Notes: generated by a model not told the origin, from the sequence alone. Shown: positions 1 through 12,736, numbered from the stretch's first letter. The stretch: DNA of 64,000 nt from Nemertoderma westbladi (GCA_032718475.1 JAUCBJ010001300.1:20926-84925), one strand, 5' to 3'. A program made the numbers and translations.

Positions 1-237
1 TGAAGTGGCCCTCCTACCAGCATACTCTTACTTTGCCTCTTACAGTATTACATAGGCCTACTCATTTAAACAAAATCCCTGAGAAAACATTGAGAATCAA
101 CAGCCAATACTGCAATAGCAGAATAGGTCTAACAGACTGTTGAATAGCCTAGCAGCCTAGGCCTATACACTATCTGACTGTAGCCTACAGAACAGATACT
201 GGCTGACTGGGTAGGTACAAAGGACTACTCTGCTACA

Positions 238-725
238 TACCGAAGCCCAAAGTGGCCAGACAAACACACACACATCATTTTTCATTTTATGGGGGTTGGG
301 GTATGTTTGTGGTTGTCCAGTTGTGTGTGTGGTTGTCCAGTTGTGTGTGTGGTTGTCCAGTTGTGTGTGTGGTTGTCCAGCTGTGTGTGTGGTTGTCCAG
401 TTGTGTGTGTGGTTGTCCAGTTGTGTGTGTGGTTGTCCAGTTGTGTGTGTGGTTGTCCAGTTGTGTGTGTAGTTGTCCAGTTGTGTGTGTGGTTGTCCAG
501 TTGTGTGTGTGGTTGTCCAGTTGTGTGTGTAGTTGTCCAGTTGTGTGTGTGGTTGTCCAGCTATTTACTGGTCAACCACACACACACACACACTACTGCA
601 CTAAGTGCTCCAAATAGGCCAACCATTCAGCCATTCATTGGTTCGATTTTGACATTTTGATATTGTTATTAGTAGGGGGAAATTTGAAATTTAATGAAAT
701 TCTATCAACCTATTGTTGATATTGC
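238..725 (+). repeat. Left terminal inverted repeat containing a 20-bp tandem array (TGTGTGTGGTTGTCCAGTTG)n at ~305-562
   Basis: Reverse complement of 5672-6144, including the tandem array and the flanking unique parts. Confidence 0.92.
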
Positions 726-2679
726 TGACTATACTATGTTATTAGATGTAGCGATATGTAAATACCGAGCATTATTTAGCGACGTTTTTTCCGAACTGAT
801 ATCGGATGGCGATCTTATTTTACTATATATGGATAAAAAACCGTGTGTTAAACTGCCATGCAGTGGCAACAAGTTCGTCCTATCTCAATATAAAGATGAG
901 ATAAATAAGGATTATAAGCGGCTAACGTTTCTTCTATGTACGCAGAAAGATTACGATGAATCCCTCAGCATGAATGTAGGTGACCAGGAGGCCAGGTTGC
1001 CTGAACCGAACGAGTCGTCGATAGGAATGACATTTGCCGCCATTGACTACGCTGAAAGCCACAACATGAATCTAGGCGGTTCGGTTGGGAGGTTTTGCCT
1101 GATCCGAACGAGTCATCGACAAGGGAGACAATCGCTCCTGCATCCCGTCCTGAAACACTCTATGAGATTCTTGATCGTATCACAAGTGCTGACAAATGTG
1201 ATGGTGAGCCACTAAATAAAATTAATGCTGATCGAGACGATATTCTAGATGGCGCATATCGAGGCTTTGCTCGGAAAACATTTAATATTAAAAATAAATT
1301 AAGTGTTAAATTCGATGACGAAACCGGAATAGATCAGGGTGGATTGAGTCGCGAATTTATGCGCCTTGCCACAATAAGTATTCGAGATTCAGGAATGTTT
1401 CACGGCCCCGAGACGCGAAAAATTAAAACCCTTGATTATAATGGTGAGTGATATGAATATCTATTTAATTTTAATTAATTAGTTAGATTTAATTAATTAA
1501 TTTGAAATTATAGCTCAACTACTGCGTACTGTTACTTAGTTTTAGTAATTTATTTTTTTAGCTTTAAATCAGGAGCGATATTTTTTGGCTGGGAAGATGT
1601 TAGGATACTTCATTATTAATCGGGGACCAACACCCAACTTCTTCGATCCACTTATGTTCGATATGATTTGTGATGGCGTGGATGAAATCCAACCAAAGAT
1701 AAAAGACATTAAGGATTTCGATATTCAGCAGCAAGTTCAGGATGTAAGTAGATTTTTGAATATGTATTCGTGTAATATTTTAAGTACTATTCGAGGTTAA
1801 ATATGGTGTAATCGATTTTTCGTGCCTCCGTAGGCAAACATACAAAATACACTTCCTCGGGACTCTGATTTTAATAACGAAATAATTACAAAATAATTAT
1901 TCCCCCCTTCCTTATCCAGTCGTAATATTTATCTCAAAAATAATTCAATCTATATTTCAATATTTCCAGATCGAAGATGCTATTACTGAGGATGAATTCA
2001 GAATGTCTATTGCCAACGGAAGTACGATCCCAGGATCCGGGCCGCCGCTAAACCCAGATCGCAATCCTCGTCGATTCGTCCAGTCGTCGACGTCAGTCAG
2101 TAAGTGGGACTCTTCCCACCGCACTCCAAGGTGGGTGACCGGAGTGAGGCATGAGGAACTTGGCAGTGGCCCGCATTACGATCTGACCGACCGCCGTATT
2201 CCCAGTGTCTGAGTGTAGTAAATACCCAAATAGAATCGTACTGACAAACAAGCAATTCCGTAGTATTCCCCCGTTAATCACCTCTTGAAGCAACTCGGCT
2301 GCTCGGGTCCAGATACATCGGACTGTCGGGAGCGTTTCAGACAGTAATGGAGCGGCATTTGCGAATATTTTCAATGGTTTTATAATAAATAAGGGTATTC
2401 AACAGTTCAATGCTAAAACAAATGGATTATTCCTAACCCCACCCCAATACAGCAATATACCTAACAGTATATAGCTTTGCAGGATTCTCGATTCAGGGAT
2501 TGAGTACAGCCTGACAGTACCGGTACACATGGTAGGCCTACATGCAGAATTGCAAAATTTGTCAGAAAACCCAGCTGATTTATCCTACAGTAATAATAAT
2601 TTAACGCATTTTAAATTTGGATAATCAAATGTATTATAACTGCAATAACAGTTACACTGATGCTGCACGAAGGCCCCAC

Positions 2680-2878
2680 GCAAATTCTACTTGGAAAATT
2701 TTCAAACTTTTGCCAAACAACATGTGTACCAAGTTTGGATAGATTTCATCAAGGATTGGCCGAGTTATTAACGTTTAAAATAAAATACTGAAAAAAAAAC
2801 GCGACAGAACGACAGAACGACAGGTTGATTAATGGTACCACTACGCTAAGGCTCACTCACTTCGTGGCTCACCCCACA
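2680..2878 (+). mobile_element. Helentron/DINE-1-like non-autonomous element (HINE) 3' part
   Basis: (GACAGAAC)n microsatellite followed by a GC-rich stem-loop-like end (GCTCACTCACTTCGTGGCTCACCCCACA). A near-identical inverted copy lies at 19538-19752. Confidence 0.5.
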
Positions 2879-2899
2879 TGGGTTCACCAACCAAACTCT

Positions 2900-3085
2900 T
2901 CAGTCTGCTACCCAAGCACCTGCGCCGTCATCCAGCCCCAGTAGCCGCCACGAACGTCGCCCCCCTCTAAGGCACAAACCCACAGCGCGCACCAACGCGA
3001 TGGACAGACGGGCCCTAACCCATCCGAGAACGAATCCTGGGGGTTTCTCGTTCCAACTGTCCTTCTCTGACAACTTTGCCGCCAA
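2900..3085 (-). mobile_element. 5'-truncated CRE-like (restriction-like endonuclease) non-LTR retrotransposon C-terminus
   Basis: LAAKLSEK...VLGWVRARLSIALVRAVGLCLRGGR resembles the conserved C-terminal segment of CRE-clade ORFs. Confidence 0.6.
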
Positions 3086-4330
3086 GTGAGTTTAATTGCT
3101 TTAAATAATTGCTTTAATTAATTGCTTTTAATTACTTTGCTACCAATAAGTTTAATTAATAAGTAAGATAAAAGTAAAAATTTCAAAAATTTAGATTTCG
3201 TGAAGGATTACAAACATGTTGCATAGTGGAAGAAATTAGGGACAATAGAGATGCTTGGAAGGAAGCCTTTATATTCAGTGAAGATTTGACTGTCAATGGG
3301 GAAATGGTAGAACGGATGTTCGAAATTAATTGGTCAGAGGAGCAGAGCAACCGAAAACGAAAAGAAAAAAAGATAGCTGTGTACTGGCGCGATCTGATAC
3401 AAGATTTAAGTGGTAATATAATAATAATATTTTGATGATAAATATAGTGACGTTTACTTATATTGCACTGTAGCTACAGTATATTGCTATTAATAAAATT
3501 TACTTTAATAAAAATTAAAATTTTAATAAAATAATTATTTAAAAATAAAAATTAAACTTCTATTTTTTAGTTAACTACTGTACTGGTTATTTTTGTGACG
3601 GACGTTCAAGAGTGTTACAAAATTCATGGCAAAAATCGTTAAAAAATAGCGTGACATCATTTGTGCATGACCCCTAATTATTTTTTATTCATTTTTTTAT
3701 TATAGCTGGAGAGATTGGCTTGGTTAATCAGGTACCAATCAATAGGCCTACGGGAACTATTGGTTTTCACTACGGGAGCGTCTTCTGTTCCTTCGCTTGG
3801 CTTTGACGTTCAGCCATCAATATCATTTATCCACGCCGAAGATGAACATGAATACTATAAGGGTCTACCGAAAGCAAACACATGTGCGCTAGAGCTAAAA
3901 CTACCTGTTGTGAAGGACTACCAGTCATTTAAGAATGTTATGCTAAGAAGCATTGAGATGTTGACTACATTTAGCGATAGCTAATTAATTAGCATTATTC
4001 ACTTATCCATTATTCACTTAGCATTATAACTCATCTTATGTTGTCCTTATGTATTTCCAACCATCCTTTGTAACTAATCATAAATAGTTTCTACTTAAAT
4101 GTAATTTTAATTAATTAATAGTTTTTAGATTGATTAATCGATTTTATTGTAAACTGGATGGATTGAGAGGGGGAGGGGGGGGGGGGTCCGCATTATTGTA
4201 AATTATAAGTACATAAAAAAATTTATTTTATTTAATAGCCACAACAATAAGTGAACAATGCACAAGTAATGTTGAAATATGATTAACAAATGAGGTGTAA
4301 GGTGACAATAGAGTTACAATACCGATAAAT

Positions 4331-5533
4331 TTATTTGCATAGCTGTAAGAGATGCTCATAACGATCAAGTCCCTCTTTCCATGTATACGGTATAGAAGAC
4401 CACTGCAGCGTCTGTTTTACATAATTACAATACTCCAACGTGTTATTCTCTCGAACAGCATATGGCACTCTGATAGAATTTATTTCGTCTAGTTTAGTAC
4501 TGTTAATAGGCAGCGCAAGTTCTGGAATACCACCTTTTGATGCCGGGTTATAAAAATTGAAAATTGGCTTTCCACATATCGTATCATACCGTGATCGTCT
4601 GATGTAGTGCGTGTTCCAGTTCAGTACAATGTCATCCAACTGAGTTTGGATTAAAGGAGCCATACAAAACCACATAATATCTCGTTGTACAAGATCAGTA
4701 GGATCGTACATACCGATCTCAATGATATCGGCAAAGAAGTTCATCCACCATTGAGCAATGGATTTGCGTAACAGTGACCACCATGCTTCAATCCGTTGAT
4801 TGTGTGGTGAGGGCACATAACGGTGGGCATCTAAATTACAACGTAAGAACGATTGTGCTGCAGCAGCAATACCATTTTCAGTACCCTTATCGGTTTCGAG
4901 ACGAAGCGGACAGCCAAACTTACAAACAGCTTCAAGATAAAAGTCGCAGATTAATTCAGGGTGGTTATTGGTCCGATCAACTCTTAGCCATATTATATAT
5001 CTGGACCACCCATCAATACATCCGTGTATGGGAAATCCGCACACTTTTAATTTGTCGTACCCATCGCAGTGCCATACTGCATTGGGACCTACAGTATGGT
5101 ATTGCCTACGTTGAAGTCTCCTTCTGCTTCTCCTTTCCGTAGCCTCAGGATTTATTTGTCTTAATATGTTTTGAACGATACGTCGGGGAATACTGAATCC
5201 CTTGACCCTCAGGTGCTGCCACATGTGTCGGTAACCCCATAATCCACCAATTCCTCTTGTTAGAGAATTTATTTCAGTATAAACTTCGTCGTAAGTAGAA
5301 CGGTGTTTGTGTCGTGAAAGACCAAGACGATTAATAATTCTCCTTACTGTTCTCTGACTTATTTGAACATCATTGTGATTTATTAACATAGTAGTGATTT
5401 CTTTATATTTTAAACCACTGAAGAAGTATTTCTTAATTAAAATAGAAACATCATCATTATAGTTATCGAGTTCGGGGGGTTGGTAATCAACGACAGGAAC
5501 AACAAGTGACAGGAAAATAAATAGATAAACCAT
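4331..5533 (-). CDS. IS3EU-type DDE transposase (integrase-core fold, N-terminal HTH)
   Basis: Open 400-aa ORF with GPNAVWHCDGYDKLK (D1), HGCIDGWSR, PLRLETDKGTEN (D2), HNQRIEAWW (E) and WNTHYIR. Confidence 0.9.
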   Translation of the reverse strand: MVYLFIFLSLVVPVVDYQPPELDNYNDDVSILIKKYFFSGLKYKEITTMLINHNDVQISQRTVRRIINRLGLSRHKHRSTYDEVYTEINSLTRGIGGLWGYRHMWQHLRVKGFSIPRRIVQNILRQINPEATERRSRRRLQRRQYHTVGPNAVWHCDGYDKLKVCGFPIHGCIDGWSRYIIWLRVDRTNNHPELICDFYLEAVCKFGCPLRLETDKGTENGIAAAAQSFLRCNLDAHRYVPSPHNQRIEAWWSLLRKSIAQWWMNFFADIIEIGMYDPTDLVQRDIMWFCMAPLIQTQLDDIVLNWNTHYIRRSRYDTICGKPIFNFYNPASKGGIPELALPINSTKLDEINSIRVPYAVRENNTLEYCNYVKQTLQWSSIPYTWKEGLDRYEHLLQLCK

Positions 5534-5671
5534 TTTCTAGTACCTATATAATTCACAATTCAGATCACGAGAAATCGGAATAGAAAAATAAAATTACAGT
5601 ATTAATGTAGTAGCTGTAGGGTAGACACCGGTACGCCCGGTATACTGCAATATAAAACCAATACCGGTACC

Positions 5672-6144
5672 GCAACATCAACAATAGGTCGATTGAATTT
5701 CATTAAATTTCAAATTTCCCCCTACAATTACAATAATAAAGTGTCAAAATCGAACCAATGAATGGTTGGCCTCTTTGGAGCACTTAGTGCAGGGGTGTGT
5801 GTGTAGTTGACCAGTAAACAACTGGACGACCACACACACAACTGGACAACCACACACACAACTGGACAACCACACACACAACTGGGCAACCACACACACA
5901 ACTGGACAACCACACACACAACTGGGCAACCACACACACAACTGGACAACCACACACACAACTGGGCAACCACACACACAACTGGACAACCACCCACACA
6001 ACTGGACAACCACACACACAACTGGACAACCACACACACAACTGGACAACCACACACACAACTGGACAACCACACACATACCCCAACCCCCATAAAATGA
6101 AAAATGATGTGTGTGTGGTTGTCTGGCCACTTTGGGCTTCCGTA
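5672..6144 (-). repeat. Right terminal inverted repeat containing the 20-bp tandem array (~5815-6077)
   Basis: Reverse complement of 238-725. Confidence 0.92.
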
Positions 6145-9100
6145 GCTACAGGACTGGTACAGCTAAAAGTAAGCCCCCGCTAGCAGTCAGTTACCATTCA
6201 GTTCTCAGTCTCACACTAGTCTGCTAGTAGAGTACTACTACTAGGTCGAGCGAACTCGGACAACTAGTAGAGTAGTCATTGGTAGACAGGTAGATCTACT
6301 GTAACTTCTGAACTTAACCCTACTGTCAGACTGTATAACCTGTTAACTGACTTCAATTATCCAACTTATTGTAGGCCATGCCAAGGTGTACTAAATAACT
6401 AAATTGGTGTAGGCCTCTCGAATCTCGCCTACAAGACATTAAATTACGGTATGGGTCCGAAACTGAAACTGCTGTGATATTGATGCGTTTTGAAACTACA
6501 CAGATGCGCGATCACTAAAGATATTCAGTTACAATTGAATTTTTATTTTCTCATTTTATGAACACTTATAGGCCTACTTGACGAAAAATTAACAAAAATA
6601 TTGCACTTTCATAGGCCTACTGAACATTAACAATAAGGTTTGAACAAACTTATTTTTTACACCGGAAAACTGTTAATTTATTATTGTCGCAAAATCGCTG
6701 TTGATATAGCGAATTAAGTGCTGGTGTAGGTATTGGAGAGTCATGTGACTCTATAAGGCGCAGAAAGAGTCCCGACTCGCAATAACTATAGTTCCGTTTA
6801 TTTACTTCCGTTTGTAAAACACCCTTCACCTTTCATTGTAATTTATTGCACTGCACTAAAATTGAACCCAAACGTGTTAGATGTGATGGATGCTACATAG
6901 AAACAGAAGATGGAGACACCATAGAAGCCAAAGCTTGAGTGTTGCTGTCACCGGGGTGAGGGGGTGTGTGAACTGAATAGATCATGTTAGTGGTGAAGTG
7001 AGATTTAATGAGCAATCAGTTTTAGTATGATACAGGATTTTGTTTTTGATATTGGTTGGTTGTATTTAAATACTGATATTAAATAAAACTGTAGGTAATT
7101 ATGACTAAAAAAAGAGGTAATTTTTTTATTTATATATTTATTTTAATTATACCATTCTAAAGCAATCCTCTAGAGTGACAATTCTCTCATGTATTAAAAA
7201 ATAACAGATTGATTTGTTACACATATTTCAGTATTTTCTTAATCATCACCAGACAGCAGCAATTATTTTTTATTTGCAATGGAAAAACCACCAATTGTGT
7301 GGTGTTACGCTTAATATATGGCGGGATTTCATTCCAAATATGCGGGCCCATATATTGAATAGACATTTAACCACCCCGTGCGGTGCGAAGTCGTGGGATA
7401 AAGAAATTAAGTTTGGAGGAGTTTCTTTTAGAATAATTATGTACTATATTCGATTGACGAAATAGATTACATAAGCCACTAGGTAAATTGTTAATACATA
7501 AAATGAAAGGGTAGGATACCAAGTTGTCGATAAATCAGTATAGAAGGTGCATCTCAGGGAGAAAAAGTTATTGTGCGCACGATCTTGTTCATTTTTGTGG
7601 GATAGTTCTTTTTTTTGAGTTCTTATTATCTATTCATTTTTAGGATAGTTCTTTTTACAGAACACAAGAAAAAAATAAACAAAAAATAACACCGGGCACC
7701 AACTTTTAAAAAAATTAACAACGCGTTGCTTTTCTATAAGAAAATCCCAGAAATTATCGAATAAAATTGTCGCGAAATTAAATATTCATATCTTATCAGA
7801 TCAGGTAGGCCTATCATTTGTTGTGTACTGAAGTACTGTACATATATAGTAATAGCGGGTTAGCTAATAGTGCCTGTGTACTGGAATAGCTTGGTCTGGG
7901 ACTGATTGCCGAGGATATGAATTAGGAAGTTAGGCCCGTTACCGTAGGCCTACGTACTGTACATAACGTACAGACAGTACGGTACAACACGTCGGTACAA
8001 CATAGATACCGGTACCTACCTGCCTACTACTGCACTGAAATATAAAGAGATGGGTCCCGGTTAGGTAACTGCAGGAGTTAGTAAACAGTGAAATTTAAAT
8101 TTAGCGTTATTTAATAGGTAATGTTATTATCCATTAATCTGCCAAGGAAAGACATTAATTTGACGGATTGAATATTAATGTATGTTTCGGGGACGTAAAC
8201 TAAAGTAAGAGCATTGCGAAAAGGGGATGTGATGACGGAGGGGATTGGTGGTGTAGCGTGTAGACACATCTAATGTAATGTAATCAATGATATGCAAATG
8301 TGAGTATATTGCAATAAAATATTAATATATGTAATCCTAATAATATAATCATATAATCACAGCGTTTTGATTTTGGGATACACCGCTATGAAAACGCGGT
8401 GACAGCGTTGGCACACTGTTACCCCGAGTTGTATCTGTGAGAAACCGGGCTTAACTCTTAACTTTCATTAAACAAAGATACACTGCCTTTATTAAGTTTT
8501 ATCATGATAGATCTAAATTAGAAGATAATATATCTCTCATTTTAACTACCGTTTGCTTCATTGGCATTTAAATTGTAATTCCATTAAAAATAATAAAATT
8601 CAGGACCTGCTTTTGCTTTTACATACTGTATTTTAGTTTAATTTTATTTACAGTATCTCCGTTTAATATTGATAGTTAATATACTAGGGGCCTTCGGTAA
8701 TTTAAATTAAAAAAATGTATAGGGCCTCGTATTTTCAGATACGGGGGGAGGGATCAATGCTGTGCAGTGCTTTAACATTGCATCTTCGTTTTTCACTAAT
8801 TAGCATACAAACAATACTTGCGCTACAATATCAGCTGCTGACAGGCAGGGCCGCTTTAATGCCTAGGCTTAAAAGGCTGCATCCTAGGAGCCATGGGTTA
8901 ACCTTCTAGAGGCCGCTCTGAGACAGCGATAAAATTTGTTTTTTCCAAGATAGTTTGTTGTATTATAATGAAATTAGATCTGAAAATAAGTTTTAGAAAA
9001 TTTCATCAAGGTATGGCCGAGATACGGCATGGGAACAAAATGGGAATTTAGCCACTAAAGGGGCAATATGAAAAAATAATTTATAAAATTGTTCAGATTT

Positions 9101-9234
9101 AATCAGATTTATCATTAATCAGATTTCAGATAATCAGATTTTAATCAGATTTAATTCAGATATAACTATAATAACAGCTATATAATACTATTGTATTTTG
9201 TAAGATATATATTATATATATATATATAAAAATA

Positions 9235-9477
9235 AAATATATAAATATAATTGTAAGGAAACCAAGATCAACCACGTTAAATAAAAATTATAAGAAATTA
9301 CACAAGCTTTCGAAATAATATAATATTTCTTTTTCAAGTGATTTAAATAATTGAGAAAGAGGAAACTTTATCACTTGAAAAAGAAATATTATATTATTTC
9401 GAAAGCTTGTGTAATTTCTTATAATTTTTATTTAACGTGGTTGATCTTGGTTTCCTTACAATTATATTTATATATTT
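9235..9477. mobile_element. Inverted pair of Penelope-like terminal repeats with a minimal hammerhead-type motif
   Basis: 108-bp arms (9235-9342 and 9370-9477) in inverted orientation. Each contains cac-TTGAAAA-AGAAATA..TATTTC-GAAA-GCTT-gtg. Confidence 0.55.
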
Positions 9478-10238
9478 AATTTTTGTAACCGGATCCCACA
9501 CCCCAACGGCTTTGACTTGCTAAATTTATAATCTATATATAAAAATATATATATTATATATATATTATATAATAATAACATATTATATTTATATATATAT
9601 TATATATATATTATATAATAATAACATATTATATTTATATATATATATAATATATATAATAAAAATAAAATAATAGGAAGGCATTTTATACAACCATGTT
9701 CAGCATGATCCGGTCTCTTAAATATAATATTGAGTTGAACGAATTATGTTTTTGACAGACCAATATCAAGCAAGTAAAATTAATTGGAAACAGAGAAACA
9801 ACATGTTCCTATCTGTTCAACCGTAAGTAGTCATCGTTTTATTTAACCAGGGACACAAAGCGCAACCCTGTTTAAATACTGTAAGTAAAATTATCACATT
9901 GGTTACATTTTTGCATGTGTTTAGTCGCCGGGATTTGGCTCATCAGCTACACTAACCCGTGCAGGACACATGTTAATCAAACTAACTACACCAAAAACCA
10001 GCTAAAAACACACACATACTAAGCAATCATTTACTCCTGGGGCAGGGGATATTTCAATATCTCTATTAAGTTAAAACAACACAAGATTGTAGCCGTTCTA
10101 TATTACTTGAAAGTTGAAAGCCTTTCTTAGTTTTTAAGAAGGAATTCTCGCGCTCTCGTCACCGTTGTTATCATATTAAAAACAGTTAAGGTAGCACGGG
10201 TTGACCTCAGGTGACTAATGAAATGAATAACAAAAGTT

Positions 10239-10275
10239 ATTACAAGCTTTCTCCCAACAGCTTCTTCAGGTCATT
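10239..10275 (-). ncRNA. Degenerate minimal hammerhead ribozyme motif (Penelope type)
   Basis: Minus strand reads atgac-CTGAAGA-agctgttggga-GAAA-GCTT-gtaat: CUGANGA and GAAA core with a palindromic AGCT stem III. Stem II pairs poorly. Confidence 0.45.
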
Positions 10276-10456
10276 ATAATGAAACTGCGTATACAGTACA
10301 GTATACAGTAACTGCACTGCAGTTTCACTGTTAATTAATCTTATATTATATTATTATTAAATTAATATAATGCATTAATCTTGTGATTAAATTAAACTAT
10401 ATTAAATTAAACCTCAGGAACCTCAATGTGATAAATTAATGTGAATAGCTTCTAGG

Positions 10457-10490
10457 CAAGGCGTTCTTAACTAATCTTAAGAACGCCTTG
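10457..10490. mobile_element. 34-bp P-element-like remnant or excision footprint
   Basis: 14-bp perfect inverted ends CAAGGCGTTCTTAA; 8-bp TSD CTTCTAGG at 10449-10456 and 10491-10498. Confidence 0.7.
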
Positions 10491-11029
10491 CTTCTAGGCA
10501 ACAACCGGCCAGCCCACAAGTATCACTTTGTTGCCCGCATGATATTGTTCCGCGAGAATGCCTCTGCCTCTGTTAACTTACCACGAGCTGTCAATCAGGA
10601 ATACCTCGACGTTTATTTTCTCAAGGAATTCAAAGTGTTGCAAATTACCTCAAAGTAATATTTCGCAAAGAATTCAAAGTGCCTAAAAACAGGATATCAC
10701 TTTAAGATTCCCAACTAAAAGTGTCTACAAGAATTCAAAGCGGCCGTTAGGAGTAATGTAATGACGTTTAGACACTTTTAGAAAAACTTTGAGAAAATCT
10801 CAAAGCACAGATGCACTTTGAGACGTAGAACATATAGGCCATGAGACTTCCAATTAAGTAAATTATCAATAATAAGACCTAAATAAGTAACTTATTTCTT
10901 ATATTAATACATACCGATATTTATATAGATAGGCCTACAGTTTTACCGATATTAAGTGAATGAAAGGCGGTTAGAAGCAAACCACTCAGAGAGAGAGTCA
11001 AGGTCGGCATTAACGATTTTATTAGGTTT

Positions 11030-12736
11030 ATGGCAAAGCCATGCGATTTAAATAAGACTACAAAACTTACTACAAACAGACTACAGAAGCCAAGAATGCA
11101 GTTAAGGCTGCATCTAGGTCCCTGAACAGGCAGTACTCTGTTAATCTACAGGAGCTAATAAACCAACAAGCTAAGGCAGAATCACCAGCCGATCGCCTCA
11201 ATGGTCCAAAGGCCCACTTTAATAATGACCTCAATAATGACAGGGTATTGCCCGATAACTTTATAGAAGTAAAGGTGTGTGAGTCTGTACTCCCAGATAT
11301 TCCCATTGACGATATCTCCTTTGCACAAGTGATGGCTGCTGCAAAGAGCATTAAGACCAATCGTGCCAGTGGAGTAGATGGAGTACCCCCTGAGGTCTGA
11401 CCTGAGTGTTTAAAGCTCATCTATCCCATCATAGTAGACATGTACAGAACAACAAGAGTCCCACAAGAAATGAAAACAAATAAGTTGGTGCCAGTTCCCA
11501 AGAAGGGCAACCTAACACTCTATGGTTCTTTTCGGGGAATCTCATTAATCTCAGGATAATTAAAGAGTTATCAAAAAAGAAAGACAGGCATCTGGCTGTT
11601 ATCTTTGTTGACTTCTTCAAGGCCTTTGATTCAGTGTATCGCTCACTTATGTTCAGCATACTTTCATTATATGGGATTCCTGATGAAATTATTGCAGCAA
11701 TCAGATCAGTATACGATGGTTCGAAAAAAAAAAGGTGTCTACTGTTGATGGTAACACAGAACCATTTGAAGTGTTATGGGGAATCCTCCAGGGAGCCACA
11801 CTTGCGCCATTCTTATTCATAATTGTAGTTGACTATGTTCTACGCATGTCCTTAGATCATCATAATGATGATGGGGTAGTGGTAACTCCACCTACTGGCT
11901 CCAGAATTCAAGGAAATCCATCCATGTACCTAACTGATCTAGACTTTGCTGATGACTTAGGAGTACTCTCAGAATCACTAGAGGGGGCCCAACGGCTCCT
12001 CAGCTCATTAGAACATGCTGCTTATAGTGTTGGTCTTTTTATTAACTCCAAAAAGACCAAAATTTTGACAGTCAACTTTGAAAGTCCTCAGCAAGTCTCT
12101 GATTGGATGAGCATAAGCTCAAAGAATGGTATGCTTGAGTATGTGGACGAATTCTGTTACCTGGAAGTCAGTTGAGGACCTTCAAATACGTAAGGGAAAG
12201 GCATGGACAGCCTTGAATAGGTTTTCCAGGATTTGGAAGTCACATAGAATTCATCGGAAAGTTAAGGTGCGATTAAGAGCAGCAGTAGTTCCAGTCTATG
12301 GGAGACCATGCTGGGCTCTAACTGCTGAGGACACCAAATCTCTGGATGGCACATTTACAAGAATGCTACGCCGGGTCCATTGTGTGAAGTACAATGCACA
12401 CATCTCCAACCAGACACTATACAACATTGGAGGTGTCTCATTGGTTCCCCCAAGCTTGACACTAGAACAAAGCCGCAGGACATTGCTTTTGCAGTGAGGA
12501 CCACCCATAGTGCATAATCTTGTGCTTTGGCGATAACCTCATGGAGTGAATAAGCATGGTGGACAGTCCATGACTTTCTTGAGCATCTTAAAGACACTGG
12601 CGTTGAAGATGCGGATGATCTAGCAAATGTCATGGGTGATAGGGAGTTGTGGCGGCGCAATTTTGTTTACAAGCCGGCACAGCATTCTTAAAAATACAGC
12701 TGCAATGCAGCATGCCGATCATAGTAATAGTAGTAC
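11030..12736 (+). mobile_element. Degraded RTE-like non-LTR retrotransposon (RT and 3' end)
   Basis: Frameshifted RT motifs ASGVDGVPPE, VIFVDFFKAFDSV, GILQGATLAPFLF, LDFADDL and RKGKAWTAL; ends in a short TAG/TAA repeat tail. Confidence 0.85.

Larger units (their letters stand above)
694..3984 (+). pseudogene. Spliced HECT-domain E3 ubiquitin ligase (G2E3-like), transposon-borne, disrupted
   Basis: HECT motifs LSVKFDDETGIDQGGLSREFM, FREGLQT, LLVFTTGASSVP and LPKANTCALELKLP (catalytic Cys kept). GT-AG exons at ~694-1443, 1562-1743, 1970-~2016, 3195-3412 and 3706-3984. Frameshifts near 1093 and ~3740, and a ~1.07-kb insertion at ~2017-3085. Confidence 0.85.
238..6144. mobile_element. Complete IS3EU-type DNA transposon (DDE transposase plus HECT-ligase gene, convergent)
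   Basis: Left end TACCGAAGCCCAAAGTGGCCAGAC, right end reverse complement TACGGAAGCCCAAAGTGGCCAGAC. 6-bp TSD GCTACA at 232-237 and 6145-6150. TAYGG termini with a 6-bp TSD and an integrase-core transposase fit the IS3EU superfamily. Confidence 0.88.

Noticed and set aside
252-660. Cys/Val-rich ORFs (also 5728-6130)
   Set aside because: Translations of the 20-bp TIR tandem array, not genes.
4331-5533. Bacterial IS3/IS481 contamination
   Set aside because: The element carries a spliceosomal-intron gene and sits among eukaryotic repeats and genes.
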